From IMG/VR virus record IMGVR_UViG_3300023172_000022, positions 1 through 64,000 of that record: 64,000 bases of DNA. The stretch is one strand, 5' to 3'. This stretch comes from a virus. Its lineage: Duplodnaviria > Caudoviricetes. This document shows, one piece after another, positions 35,701 through 45,667 of the stretch. A program made the position numbers and the translations under genes. The stretch's first letter is position 1. Each line of letters opens with the position of its first letter. Under the pieces are notes generated by a model. It was not told the DNA's origin, did no database searches, and saw only the letters and a program-made list of their open reading frames with translations.

Positions 35701-36290
35701 AATAAACTACCATCTACATAAATTTCTAAATCTCTAGGATCAGATATAGTCGAAACTACAGTAAATATAGTTGTTCCGAGTTTTCTAACATTTATTGTTG
35801 AACCTACTGATGGAGCTGTATTAAATGTAATTTCATTATTACTAACACCACCAATTGTATAATCTGTGCCATGAGTTTGCAAAGAACCATCAATAGAAAC
35901 TTGGTCGGTTGTTGATGGAGTAAAATTCGTCACCGTAAAATTAGTTATGGTTCCATCACCAGAAAAAGCTTGCGTCAGATCACCAACACCATCAAAAGAC
36001 TCTCTGACAGCAGGAGATGGAGGCGTGTAATAAAACTGCCCTCCATTACTAAAACTATTGTCTCCTTCTAAATTATCTAGTAACAATATCTGACCTGTCT
36101 GATCGATCTTTGCTCGAATTACCAAAGTATTTGTTAATTCCGTATCTACATGTCTAGAAAGTGAATATGATGTTGTAGAACCATCACTTACAAAGTATTC
36201 TCTAAACATGGGTTGTTGCATAGAAATGAGTTCTATTCTAGATATGGAAAACCCACTGCTTTTGTATTTTGAGTCTAAACTATTAGCCAT
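32703..36290 (-). CDS. Large virion protein, four-paralogue family member C (1195 aa)
   Basis: Core motifs QKWRL, RRPGELCD, GWFRR, YRLTVTDHG, DQDDDYAWFVIQRHV, PIHCVYS, REQDVLKPW and GNGMR, plus nested GDG..T.F/DY/ITF..AP domains. Confidence 0.75.
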   Translation of the reverse strand: MANSLDSKYKSSGFSISRIELISMQQPMFREYFVSDGSTTSYSLSRHVDTELTNTLVIRAKIDQTGQILLLDNLEGDNSFSNGGQFYYTPPSPAVRESFDGVGDLTQAFSGDGTITNFTVTNFTPSTTDQVSIDGSLQTHGTDYTIGGVSNNEITFNTAPSVGSTINVRKLGTTIFTVVSTISDPRDLEIYVDGSLLQINNDYLVNGQNITFYNTPSTGTDNIIIIVPSVAPYGSITLNNASIPNPNDRLILDYFTKTQYYSNYEDGVLKQLAMDLTLHPYANHYTYDWSDSKMKNGTIVVSYASNQTNSSVNVKITGTDAVFSSDDLQKRIIQEYGRGEVRIESISNDGTIAFGTILTPFTQDENNLEPDMISGVRYAANSWRMSIPEEEIEQQSFNIIYPYSSPDANSYPVIDENGQQNQSDVMNCIRRIGSRFIVESEKGVDILSSKKDIIPSGITVPTDLVASSAWLEGRAPQKWRLMFEYNEQKDEINVFAGTKYQISDNGTLSSTQGRDGIKGPTFRRPGELCDIFYDSSDGFRKSRSGWFRRAGKDDPLITPTYPVKYRLTVTDHGLGLFMWDHASVDQDDDYAWFVIQRHVNNTSGKIELEEGKSPIHCVYSPSKRAVEASNTNIALYQNWSKTVNSITGQVNLQYDQLGDIYDIDGRQLKSTDRVVSSIITDKDRIFATTTGTTFGNFNNYLVANTNLSEVGSLTSPGFTVGTDYITAAHVSDFPTIATTKDPTISSQAPDIAYLGVDYTELVNFNTAYQWGLGPAGQGLEIESIYLARWHSEYKFQDYVELERGVHWELEVQAIDNFTNTFRGETYPVKRFGIKFLHPVENPVNNSLRQLVIHEINDTDTDWSYDPLNTSGGTIARQKPKVLVNYRWKGAGYQNRYINPVGRSGDGTGPLENTSLLSVYVSNVEINAAVAPEEYIVDSDGVPQFTQIPVFGNEQNVYAYMLQTDHLYVRDEIANSQVVTIAYENYAIDPNATSQYLIELPSDPDIPASWMNPHNESKAIYRFCIREQDVLKPWDKHVSAIIPQVDSPAIINPYEQLALTDRKTLVTFFPTPMTSQRYIYPEDEMDLICYTSADASTMGGFVNVGANNAKYDLDSVQSSSVTGDTAGTGTNSSEELNFRFPYTWHTGTNSATTSSERTYLGMHSTLPYGNGMRIMLLVRGGSIRPEYSDFIPPDVS

Positions 36291-36318
36291 TTAATTTTGC
36301 CTTTATTCGTTTTAGTAT

Positions 36319-36326
36319 TATTTATT
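36319..36326 (-). promoter_or_regulatory. Late promoter variant AATAAATA
   Basis: Overlaps the upstream stop, about 30 nt before the 36290 start. Confidence 0.45.
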
Positions 36327-39300
36327 ACGCAGGCGATGCACCTTCTACAACATCTGTCCATTTAATACTACTTCCAGAAACTTGTAAGAATACTCTCATA
36401 CCATTTCCATTTGGCATAGTACTCATCATACCCTCATATTTTCTCTTGTTTCTTTTCCAGAAATAAGTATCACCAGTTGGTCCAACATGGCCACCCCATT
36501 CAAAGTCATCTCCGGCATCATTTGGACTTGGGTCAATATCAATACCATCAATATTTAAGACATTTCCACTCAAACCATTAGAATCTTGATACTTGTCAAT
36601 CTCAATAGAACCAGACTGAGTTGAGAAATCAGCAGAAGAAATACAAATCAAATCTAATTCACTTCTTGGATAATAGAATCTTTGTGATGTAAGTTGTGTT
36701 GGGAATGAGAATACAAAATCTCTATCCTGTGTAATTGACAACTGTTCTTGCGGATTAATAACCGCATGAGAATCAACTTCGTGCATTGTAGCGGAAACAT
36801 GGTAATCCCAAGGTTTCAACACATCCTGTTCTCTTACAACAAATCTATTAATAGTTTTTTCCTTGTTTTGATTTCTTTCTGGGAAATCTCTATCAGCAGG
36901 ACTAGTAATATAATATGAGTTTCTAGCTGGATCACTATAAACATAGTTAATTAATTTTATAATTAATTCAGAACTATGTCTTGGAGCAGTTCTAAAGAAT
37001 AATGTTTGATTGAAGAAATCGTAAATATATCTTTGTCTGTCATCCCCACTTGAAAAGACTGGGTCTCCAGGCAGTTTACCTGTCAATACACTTGTTGCAG
37101 TAATAGTAGACTTTATTAAATGATTTCTTGCATCATGGTCAGCACTATCTGCCTCAAGAATTGTTCCCTCGTTGCCGTAATATTTTACAGCCAACCATCC
37201 AAGAACTTGATTTGTCGATTGTTGCCTATATGTATTCTGTGGATCTATGTATTTGAAAAACCTATCATACAATTCAACTGATAAATGCACACTATATGTG
37301 TCGTTTGTAGTATCATTTCTATATGTTTGTGTTGCACCAGAACCAGTACTAGGATCGAAATCAATACGATTTTCCAGACCAAGAATAATATTGACAATTT
37401 CTTGTGGAATAATAAGGTGTTCTACTTCTACAGGCGTATCTGGAGCTCCATCTACAGTTCTTAATTCAGTAACAGTTTCTGTAAATGCGGGAAGTCTAAA
37501 ATATCTACCAAGTTCATTAACTCCAGCAGCATCAAGAGACTGAATAAAGCGGCCGCAGGCCTGAGGATCGCCACTTCTTACCCACTCATCATATTGAAGT
37601 ATATATCCTTTAGTGTCTCTTTCAAGTTCCTCACCATCAACAGCAACAACCATTGATTCCATAACTTTTTCCATATTCTGAACATTTTCATTGTAAAGAA
37701 TATCAAGTAATGCATATGATGGGTCACTCCATTCACCAAGTGATGCACCAGTTACTGAGTCATTAATCGCAGTATTATTTGCAGCAGCCGCTTGGAAAGA
37801 TGAAACTCTTTCAATTCTATTTGTAGGGAATACAACATTACCAGAATAATGTGGTGCAAGAGTTGCGTCAACCAACCAAATAGAACCGTCAGCAACTGCG
37901 TTGGAGTTGTTTTGCGCGCTTCCGCCAGGAGGAGTAACTTGTTGTCCGTCCCTTGGCAAAGTCTCAAATCCAACAATTTGAAGATCATTAACCTTTGATC
38001 TATTTTCAACAAGTTGTCCAGAAGCAATCTTAACCGTTATAGTAGTAGTACTAGGGTCAATTGGTTGGCTTTGATTTATTCTTTGACTAATAGGATTTAA
38101 AGAACCTGTGCCGCCAAAAAATGTAATAAATTTTGCTTGTCTGTCTATAATATAATCTTCACCCGCAACCAATGTTAATGTGTTACCTGCGTTTGGGATG
38201 TCTTTATATGTGACCACAATTTCTCTATCACCTAAATCATAATTGTCTGTCCAAAAATCCCAAAGCGGAAATGAGCTAGGATCGGGAAATGCGGGATCAT
38301 GCTGTCCGCCAAAATCTCCAATCACTTCTGGATTGCCATTAACTGGAACTAATTGGGTCAACAATGCAACATTCTGTTTAGATCTTAGAGCGTCAACACT
38401 AGAACTACCTGGCGCTGTTTCCCACGTAGCTAACGACCAGTAATCAGTTGTGTTAGTAGTGGCACCACCAATAATCCCTCTATCCAACTCCTGTTTAACA
38501 CCCTGATTAAGATTTTGAACATTTGTTGCACTCAAAAGACCTGCCGTATAACCATATCCTGTAAAATCTAATGCATTTGTATATCCATTAAATACTGGTG
38601 TTGCACCAGTTGCACTTATATACATTGTTGGACCTTCTGTTTCTAGCATTTGTCCCAATGATGTGTAAATATTTGGAGATTTTGTCAAATCATTTACATC
38701 AGACGAAGAATAATACTGATTTAGGTCAGAAATGTCTACTGGACGTTTGGCAGGAGAATACACGCAATGTACTGGAGACTTTTGTGTAAACTCTGGTTGT
38801 CCTGTTGTTTGATCAACGTGTCTTTGAACAACAAACCATGAGTAATCATCGTCTTGATCTACAGAAGCCTGATCCCAAAGAAACAATCCCATTCCATGAT
38901 CGGTAACTGTTATTCTGTATGACATTGGATAAGTTCTAGAAATATTATCTTCAGTTTTTCCAGATCTTCTAAACCAGTGTGACTTTGCCTTTACCATTTC
39001 ATAACCAATTGTTCTACCAGTATTTGGTTCTAAGTATACATCACACAATTCTCCTGGCTCTCTATAAATTGGAGATTTAATACCATCTCTAGTTTGACCA
39101 GATGATACAGACATATCATCTAACAATTGATATTCAGTTGCCACATTAACTTTAATTGACTGTAGTTTACGATCCCACTCAAATCTAATTCTCCATTTTT
39201 GTGGTCGTCTTTGACTTTGCACCTGATAATATTCTGGAATCAGATTATCATCAGATAATAGATCGACTCCTTTTGTAGACTCCACCAAAAACGAATCCGT

Positions 39301-40980
39301 GATATCTCTAAGTGCTGCCTTAACAGCTGTTGGAGTATTTGAAACTGGTTTTGGATAAATTAAGTTAAATCCCGGCTGGAATTTTTCATTTTCTTCATAG
39401 AAGAGCATAAACGCATCACTATTTTTTACCTTAGTCAACTCCAAAAGTGCTGTATGAGATTCACTAGATGTAAATTGAAGGGTATAGTCTCCAGTAACCG
39501 TTGCAGCAACATCTAATTGTAATGTCGCAGTTGGCCAATAGCCAGGAACATTTGTGCCTGTTCCAGTATTTACATTACCACTAACAACGACTCCATCTGG
39601 GTCCAAAATAACAAATTGATCGTTGTGATTAATTGTGATTGCGCTACCAGTAACATTACTACTTACATCACCCTGCACAAAACCAAATTTAATAACCTCT
39701 CTTCTATCTCTTAAAGTTTCGGAGTAATATGTATTAATCTGATAATGGTTTGGATCGTTCAGATCAGTTGAACTTACATCAATTTCAATATACCCAGTAT
39801 TATCGGTTGTACCAAAGGGATTTGTCGTAGGATCGGATTTTGGTGGTTGATGGCGAATAACAGATACTGCTACGTCATCCAAAGTTGTTGCTTCAGATTT
39901 TAACGCATTTGTTAAATCATAATCTTCACTATCAAGAGCCTCTTGTATTGGTCCATATCCTAGTTTTCCGATCATAGCTCCATAAGGAACATCCAAAGAA
40001 TGTTTCCAAATATACGAAATTTCAACATCAACATCAGAACGATCTAACACCCATCCCCAAGTTTTGGCACTTTCTAAGAAAATTCTAAATCTACTTGTTC
40101 TATTAACTCTGTCAGAAGAAACAGACCACGCAGAATCTGGAATCACTTTACCATCAACAGCGATTCTAAATTCTCCGTCACCTAAGTCATTGAGGGTTAA
40201 TGGAAAATTACCAATATATAAATCTGTTTCGTCTACACCAGTAGCTGGCGTAAATGAATGATTTTTAAATGTAAAACTAAATTCTTTTACACTTCTAAAA
40301 ATTTTAGAACCAATTCTTGCACTTTCCAATTGATCCGTAAATGCATAATCTTGTTCTACACCAAATTTATTATCTAGTCCATATACTGTAGTGTATTGAT
40401 CAATTTCTGCTGGCAATATATTCGCTGCAGGAACAAACGCAGAATGATCTGTTTTAAGTACATAATTTGCCTTTTCGGGAATATTTCTAAAAACTTCTGG
40501 AGTTTCGAATGGATGCACTGTTAAGTCTTTTGCAAGTTGATATAAAAGTCCACCATCAGTTCCTGTCCAATTATCTTCTGATTCTTGATAACCAATAGTT
40601 ACTTTTTCACCAGAAACTGGCGCAGTTTGCGGTAAAAATTCCAAAGCTCCATGTTCGCCTATGTTAGTAATATATCGAACAACACCCAAACCAGCGTCCA
40701 AAGAGCCTTCGGTATAGGTATTTGCTTGCCAATTATTAAATTCTATCAATGGTGATTGTGTAGAATCTGCGAGCAAGTTGTTGCCGGTGTTTCTGTTCAG
40801 AGCGATTCTTATTTCTCCAATTTTAATTTCCCAAACCCAAGTTTTATCTTGAAAATCTGGTTTTGAGCGCAGAACATAAATCGTATTTGAACCAATAGCA
40901 GTATGTGTTTCCACATTCTGTCTATGAGGAATATCTATAATCTCTGTTCTTTGTATGCTATACCCACTTGAGAGCGCCAT
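36325..40980 (-). CDS. Large virion protein, four-paralogue family member B (1551 aa)
   Basis: QKWRI, REPGELCD, YRITVTDHG, DQDDDYSWFVVQRHV, PVHCVYS, REQDVLKPW, DSHAVINPQEQL and GNGMR. Confidence 0.75.
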   Translation of the reverse strand: MALSSGYSIQRTEIIDIPHRQNVETHTAIGSNTIYVLRSKPDFQDKTWVWEIKIGEIRIALNRNTGNNLLADSTQSPLIEFNNWQANTYTEGSLDAGLGVVRYITNIGEHGALEFLPQTAPVSGEKVTIGYQESEDNWTGTDGGLLYQLAKDLTVHPFETPEVFRNIPEKANYVLKTDHSAFVPAANILPAEIDQYTTVYGLDNKFGVEQDYAFTDQLESARIGSKIFRSVKEFSFTFKNHSFTPATGVDETDLYIGNFPLTLNDLGDGEFRIAVDGKVIPDSAWSVSSDRVNRTSRFRIFLESAKTWGWVLDRSDVDVEISYIWKHSLDVPYGAMIGKLGYGPIQEALDSEDYDLTNALKSEATTLDDVAVSVIRHQPPKSDPTTNPFGTTDNTGYIEIDVSSTDLNDPNHYQINTYYSETLRDRREVIKFGFVQGDVSSNVTGSAITINHNDQFVILDPDGVVVSGNVNTGTGTNVPGYWPTATLQLDVAATVTGDYTLQFTSSESHTALLELTKVKNSDAFMLFYEENEKFQPGFNLIYPKPVSNTPTAVKAALRDITDSFLVESTKGVDLLSDDNLIPEYYQVQSQRRPQKWRIRFEWDRKLQSIKVNVATEYQLLDDMSVSSGQTRDGIKSPIYREPGELCDVYLEPNTGRTIGYEMVKAKSHWFRRSGKTEDNISRTYPMSYRITVTDHGMGLFLWDQASVDQDDDYSWFVVQRHVDQTTGQPEFTQKSPVHCVYSPAKRPVDISDLNQYYSSSDVNDLTKSPNIYTSLGQMLETEGPTMYISATGATPVFNGYTNALDFTGYGYTAGLLSATNVQNLNQGVKQELDRGIIGGATTNTTDYWSLATWETAPGSSSVDALRSKQNVALLTQLVPVNGNPEVIGDFGGQHDPAFPDPSSFPLWDFWTDNYDLGDREIVVTYKDIPNAGNTLTLVAGEDYIIDRQAKFITFFGGTGSLNPISQRINQSQPIDPSTTTITVKIASGQLVENRSKVNDLQIVGFETLPRDGQQVTPPGGSAQNNSNAVADGSIWLVDATLAPHYSGNVVFPTNRIERVSSFQAAAANNTAINDSVTGASLGEWSDPSYALLDILYNENVQNMEKVMESMVVAVDGEELERDTKGYILQYDEWVRSGDPQACGRFIQSLDAAGVNELGRYFRLPAFTETVTELRTVDGAPDTPVEVEHLIIPQEIVNIILGLENRIDFDPSTGSGATQTYRNDTTNDTYSVHLSVELYDRFFKYIDPQNTYRQQSTNQVLGWLAVKYYGNEGTILEADSADHDARNHLIKSTITATSVLTGKLPGDPVFSSGDDRQRYIYDFFNQTLFFRTAPRHSSELIIKLINYVYSDPARNSYYITSPADRDFPERNQNKEKTINRFVVREQDVLKPWDYHVSATMHEVDSHAVINPQEQLSITQDRDFVFSFPTQLTSQRFYYPRSELDLICISSADFSTQSGSIEIDKYQDSNGLSGNVLNIDGIDIDPSPNDAGDDFEWGGHVGPTGDTYFWKRNKRKYEGMMSTMPNGNGMRVFLQVSGSSIKWTDVVEGASPA

Positions 40981-41017
40981 TATTTTCTCCTCTAAGCCTT
41001 TTTTAGTTACTTAATTC

Positions 41018-41025
41018 TATTTATA
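41018..41025 (-). promoter_or_regulatory. T4-type late promoter TATAAATA
   Basis: Exact consensus, intergenic, upstream of 40980. Confidence 0.8.
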
Positions 41026-41044
41026 AAAAAACAATACACATTAT

Positions 41045-42985
41045 TTAAATATTAATATCACTATTATAGATATTTTGGGCCTGCACCAAGCACATAACTC
41101 TCATTCCATTTCCATTGGGTAGAGTTGACCTTATACCTTGATATCTTCTATAATCTATGTTTGTACCATCGTATTTGTATGTTTGCATTGGGACATTACT
41201 ACTTTCCGCGACAACTTCAGCAGACGAGAAACAAATCAAGTCCATTTCTTCTTTAGGATACATGTACCTTTGACTGGTAAGTCCTGTAGGAAATGTAATT
41301 ACAAATCTGTTATCGTCCGTAATTGCAAGTTGTTCTTGCGGATTTATAATTGCATTACTATCTGTCTGGTGTTTTGTAGCTCGTTTGTGTGCGTCCCAAG
41401 GTTTCAATATATCCATTTCTCTAATAACAAATCTCCATATTTTTTTCTCTAAAAATTCATCTGCGAGATAGTCTTCTCTATCATAAGGATTTAAAATGTA
41501 TAGTGAATCTGTTAACTCAGAAACATTATAACTATTTCCTTGTGGATCGTATATCGGCCCCAATTCGTTGTCTACTGTTTGTAAGTTTGCAGCAGATTCT
41601 GAAAAATAAACCCCAAAATCTCTAGGCGTTATTCCTTCTCTAGAACATGAATAAATGCAGTGTACAGGAAAACGACTGGCCTCATCAGTTCTTGGCAATC
41701 CAGTTTCGTTATTAACTGTTCTTTGACAACAAATCCATGCATAGTTATCATTTTCATCTACGCCAGCTTCATTGTATAATGCTAAGAAAAATCCTCTTTC
41801 TGTAAGGGTGACTCTGTATGTTATTGGATATGTGCCGGCAACATTTGGATTTGCATCAGACGCAAGTGGAAATCTTTTAAACCAACCGGGCCCTTTTCGT
41901 TTATTTCTAAATCTAACAGAACGGGAATCAGAAGCAGGTTTGGTAACAACAATAACTGCACCATCAGCTGGGGCCACAGTAAAAGTTATATTATTTCCAC
42001 TAACTGTATAATCTACTGCAAGAGTTTTAGTTGTTCCATCTACAACAACCGTATCTGTATTTGCAAATGATGGAATTTGTGTTATTGTAAATAGAGTTGT
42101 TTCCCCATCGCCCACAAATTGTTCTGATTGCGCCGTAGCAACCCAAGTAATATCTTCGTGATTGATATCTACAATTTCCCCAGGCAATCTAGAGACAGCT
42201 GTATTAATTGTTAATCCATTTTCGAGTGTAATTAATCCATCATTATAAGATAAATTATCTGACGTATTACCATCAATAAAAATTTGATTTTTAGTTCCAG
42301 TTTGAATTTTTAACCATGTGTAGGCTGGATTTGGAATACCAATACTATTTTCCCAACCTGTATTTAACAAAACATTAATTTGGTTATATCCTATATGTGC
42401 TGGAAATGCTTGCGCAAACTCTGTGTCATCTATTGTATTTCCAGTGACATATTCTACACCACCAATTTCTCTCAATTTAATATTTAATTGGTATAGTTCG
42501 TAGGCAAATTCTTTGTCTTCAGCATACAACCTTGGTCTTTCGTCGTATTCCATTCTCATTCTATATTTTTGATCTACACCTCTGGTTACTGTTCCTTGAT
42601 TTGGTGACATATAATCAGATGTTTCCAGAATCACCACATGCTGTAATTTTATTCCGGCTCTAGGAGAAGAAGGTGCGTCTACTCCAAAGTTTGCTGTACC
42701 AGAATAATCCAATCCAGCGCTTGGATCCCCAATTTCTGTAAAAAAGTTTCTGGTTATATCGTTACCAGTGACTGCATCTACAAGTTTATTCGATTGCTCA
42801 GGAACACCATCCCACATTTGCCAAGATCTTATCAAATCTTGTCTAAGAGTATCTAACAAGCCAGCATTATCAATTGGGGCCCCACTACTAGAAAACCCGC
42901 CTGGTCCCTCAATTTTAGTAAGACCTACTCTTATAGTTGATGCCCCATAATGTTTAAATGTATTTAAATCTATCGGTGTCGTCAT
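41045..42985 (-). CDS. Virion protein, four-paralogue family member A (646 aa, smallest)
   Basis: QKYRM, RLPGEIVD, GWFKR, YPITYRVT, PVHCIYS, REMDILKPW, DSNAIINPQEQL and GNGMR. Confidence 0.75.
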   Translation of the reverse strand: MTTPIDLNTFKHYGASTIRVGLTKIEGPGGFSSSGAPIDNAGLLDTLRQDLIRSWQMWDGVPEQSNKLVDAVTGNDITRNFFTEIGDPSAGLDYSGTANFGVDAPSSPRAGIKLQHVVILETSDYMSPNQGTVTRGVDQKYRMRMEYDERPRLYAEDKEFAYELYQLNIKLREIGGVEYVTGNTIDDTEFAQAFPAHIGYNQINVLLNTGWENSIGIPNPAYTWLKIQTGTKNQIFIDGNTSDNLSYNDGLITLENGLTINTAVSRLPGEIVDINHEDITWVATAQSEQFVGDGETTLFTITQIPSFANTDTVVVDGTTKTLAVDYTVSGNNITFTVAPADGAVIVVTKPASDSRSVRFRNKRKGPGWFKRFPLASDANPNVAGTYPITYRVTLTERGFFLALYNEAGVDENDNYAWICCQRTVNNETGLPRTDEASRFPVHCIYSCSREGITPRDFGVYFSESAANLQTVDNELGPIYDPQGNSYNVSELTDSLYILNPYDREDYLADEFLEKKIWRFVIREMDILKPWDAHKRATKHQTDSNAIINPQEQLAITDDNRFVITFPTGLTSQRYMYPKEEMDLICFSSAEVVAESSNVPMQTYKYDGTNIDYRRYQGIRSTLPNGNGMRVMCLVQAQNIYNSDINI

Positions 42986-43016
42986 ATTTTTACTCTTTTT
43001 GATTTATAGATAATTA

Positions 43017-43024
43017 TATTTATC
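43017..43024 (-). promoter_or_regulatory. Late promoter variant GATAAATA
   Basis: Intergenic, upstream of 42985. Confidence 0.5.
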
Positions 43025-43030
43025 TCGTTT

Positions 43031-43621
43031 TCAGCCTTCTATTCCATAAAATCCAATTTTAACTGCAATATCATATAAACCAGAACCATTGGGTATAAAT
43101 TCTTCATCATCTGAAAATGCCAATACTGCTATTTGGTGGTCAGATAATTGTGGTATGAAAAAACTAGAAACTATTTCTCCCCCAACTGTCCCATCATCTT
43201 TTTCCAATGCCGCGCCAATCTCTTCGTTTACAAAAAGATTATTAGCCCAAGTTTGCGAATCTTCCATCAAAAAATAACCAATTGTGTAAAATCCATTTGT
43301 TTTAAATTTTAAATCTACATTAATTGTAGTTAAAGCGATTGGACATTCATTTGGATCTATGCCTAAATCTATTAGACTTTGATTTGTCACAAGTGGGCCA
43401 CGAAATGCAACATCTCTAATTGGCGTATAAAGCGCTGGTTGCAATGTTGAATGATAACTCTTTAACATTACATTTGCATTAATGTTTGTCCCATATATAG
43501 TGCCAGCTGATACTGATTGAGTGGCATTTTCAAGACCCTGCAACCTAACAGAATAAACAAAATTATCTTCTTGATTTGAACTTGTCCAAGGACTTGTCAC
43601 TATAGTATCCATTATCTCCAC
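43031..43621 (-). CDS. Hypothetical protein (196 aa)
   Basis: ATG ORF overlapping the upstream stop; no family recognised. Confidence 0.6.
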   Translation of the reverse strand: MEIMDTIVTSPWTSSNQEDNFVYSVRLQGLENATQSVSAGTIYGTNINANVMLKSYHSTLQPALYTPIRDVAFRGPLVTNQSLIDLGIDPNECPIALTTINVDLKFKTNGFYTIGYFLMEDSQTWANNLFVNEEIGAALEKDDGTVGGEIVSSFFIPQLSDHQIAVLAFSDDEEFIPNGSGLYDIAVKIGFYGIEG

Positions 43622-45657
43622 CCACTTCCTCTATGTTTAATTGTATAATATGTCATATCATAAGAAGAATGCTGACGGGAAACACCGTCCGGTCCAGTGA
43701 CATAAAAATCAAACTTATTTTTGTCTCTCCACTCATAATATGCGATCCAAATCGGATAGTATTTATCTTTAGTGAGATAAACATTACCACTTGTGTTACA
43801 TTTGTAACGACGGTTTCCAAGATACCCCGTCACTTTATTACTATCAGTCGATTGTCCAAATCCTTTATCTTTACCACCATGAACTGCGTGTCTACCAAGC
43901 CAAATAGCAGAACCATCATCCGAACATACTGTAAATTTAAAATGTCCAGTTTGTTTCGGAACAAAAAATCCTCTCCATTCATAAGTGTCAAGCAGCAAAC
44001 GAGTGCCACCTCTGTCTATTTGTATTTTCCCAGTTCTGGTTGCCGTATAGGTTCCACCAACACCAAATCCAGAAGGGCCCCCATAGCTAAGTCTTAAATT
44101 TCCTGTGTCGTGATAATACTCCAAAAATCCATTTCCATATGTTGGTAAATCTTGAATATAGTTTCTCAATATATCACCAACTTTTGGTTTATCTCCATCA
44201 TAGTAAAGAGTTTTTCCATTGTCACCAGTTATTTTCCAATCTCTTGTGCCAACCGAGTCAACATCAACTTTTGCAACTCGACTTCTACCATCATATCGAT
44301 CAACTTCAACAATTGAATCGCCTATCATTTCTGGTTCACTAAAAGTTGTTAAATTTCTTGCAATTGAAGTGTCTGTAGTAAAGTGTGGATAAACCTTTTT
44401 CCAAGAACCATTTTCCTTTACCCAAATATCTTTAGGTTCTTTCCAAACATTACTGTCTTTTACAAATATTTCTTTGGGAACCCACCATTTTGCTGTGCCA
44501 TCATCTATTGACATTGGACTATCAATTGGTGACTTTATTGTTTGTGGCTTAATCAATGAAATTATATTTCTGTCGAACGTTGTACCCTTTACTGACAATC
44601 TGTACCATTTATAAGTAGAAGGAGTTTCGAGTTTTGCACTTACATATAAATTACTATCTATATCTAGTCCACCATCGCCATACAAATCATTAAATGTCCC
44701 ATCGGTATTAAAAGTGAAGTGAAATTTTCTTTTCTGTTTTATAGTTTTTTCTATTTCTTTGTAAGTCGTAACATTTGAAATTCCAAATCTATGTTTTTGT
44801 CTTTCTGGACCATTTGGTTTGTTATATCTAAACTGTAAAATATGTTGTCCTGTTAAATGTTTAACTTTAAATTTATAATTAGTCCATACAGTATCAGAAT
44901 CAGAATTTAAAGTAATTTTCAGCAGTTTTTGCGCACCTTCGGCCAATTCGACATTATCATCCAAACCACGAACATCTACTATCAATGTTTCGTCACTGAG
45001 GGGCGTTTTTCCTCCGTTTGAATTATTACCAACAATTGCCCAAAACTCAATATAATCACTATCTGTCAAATCTAATGGTAAAGGAAATATTCCACCACCA
45101 GCCGATGATGCAGACTCACCCCAATTATCTGGAGAAAATGATCTATATCCTGTTATTTTATCAAATTCCGAATTACTTGGTTTTGCAAAATCACCACCAT
45201 CTCCCGATCCATTTCCAAAATTGTGTCTGCGCACATCAAGTTTTTGATTGTATGTTTTTCTTGAATAACTCGAAGGTATCGAACCGGAACCAATTCTTCC
45301 AACCTCATACCAAGGTCCGTTAAAATCTACCGCACCTTCGAGTTTAACTATATCTTCTTTTGCGCCAAATGCCTCTGTCCAATCAACGTCCACTCTAATT
45401 GCTAGGTTATTATCAGAATCTTTGTATGAGTGGTTTGGACCAATAGAAAATGGTGGTGTGTAAACTCTCTGAGGAATATTGACTAAACTTTGTAAGAGAT
45501 TACCTTCTGGCGGATAAACTTCTCGCAGATCTTCATATAATCTAGATTCTTCTCTTGGCAAACCTATAGCCTTTTTTCTATCCCAACGCAAATTTATATT
45601 TGTCGAGATTTCAGTTGAAGTTTGAGAGATTGTATCGTCTTTGATTAGTAATGGCAT
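43612..45657 (-). CDS. Putative carbohydrate-binding virion protein with a C-terminal PA14 domain
   Basis: WRGFFVPKQTG.FKF.V.SDDGS.IWLG...VYLTKDKYYPI.I.Y.E matches PA14, including the SDD calcium motif. An internal W....I.VK....W repeat is also present. Confidence 0.75.
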   Translation of the reverse strand: MPLLIKDDTISQTSTEISTNINLRWDRKKAIGLPREESRLYEDLREVYPPEGNLLQSLVNIPQRVYTPPFSIGPNHSYKDSDNNLAIRVDVDWTEAFGAKEDIVKLEGAVDFNGPWYEVGRIGSGSIPSSYSRKTYNQKLDVRRHNFGNGSGDGGDFAKPSNSEFDKITGYRSFSPDNWGESASSAGGGIFPLPLDLTDSDYIEFWAIVGNNSNGGKTPLSDETLIVDVRGLDDNVELAEGAQKLLKITLNSDSDTVWTNYKFKVKHLTGQHILQFRYNKPNGPERQKHRFGISNVTTYKEIEKTIKQKRKFHFTFNTDGTFNDLYGDGGLDIDSNLYVSAKLETPSTYKWYRLSVKGTTFDRNIISLIKPQTIKSPIDSPMSIDDGTAKWWVPKEIFVKDSNVWKEPKDIWVKENGSWKKVYPHFTTDTSIARNLTTFSEPEMIGDSIVEVDRYDGRSRVAKVDVDSVGTRDWKITGDNGKTLYYDGDKPKVGDILRNYIQDLPTYGNGFLEYYHDTGNLRLSYGGPSGFGVGGTYTATRTGKIQIDRGGTRLLLDTYEWRGFFVPKQTGHFKFTVCSDDGSAIWLGRHAVHGGKDKGFGQSTDSNKVTGYLGNRRYKCNTSGNVYLTKDKYYPIWIAYYEWRDKNKFDFYVTGPDGVSRQHSSYDMTYYTIKHRGSGWR

Positions 45658-45667
45658 TTAAATATCC

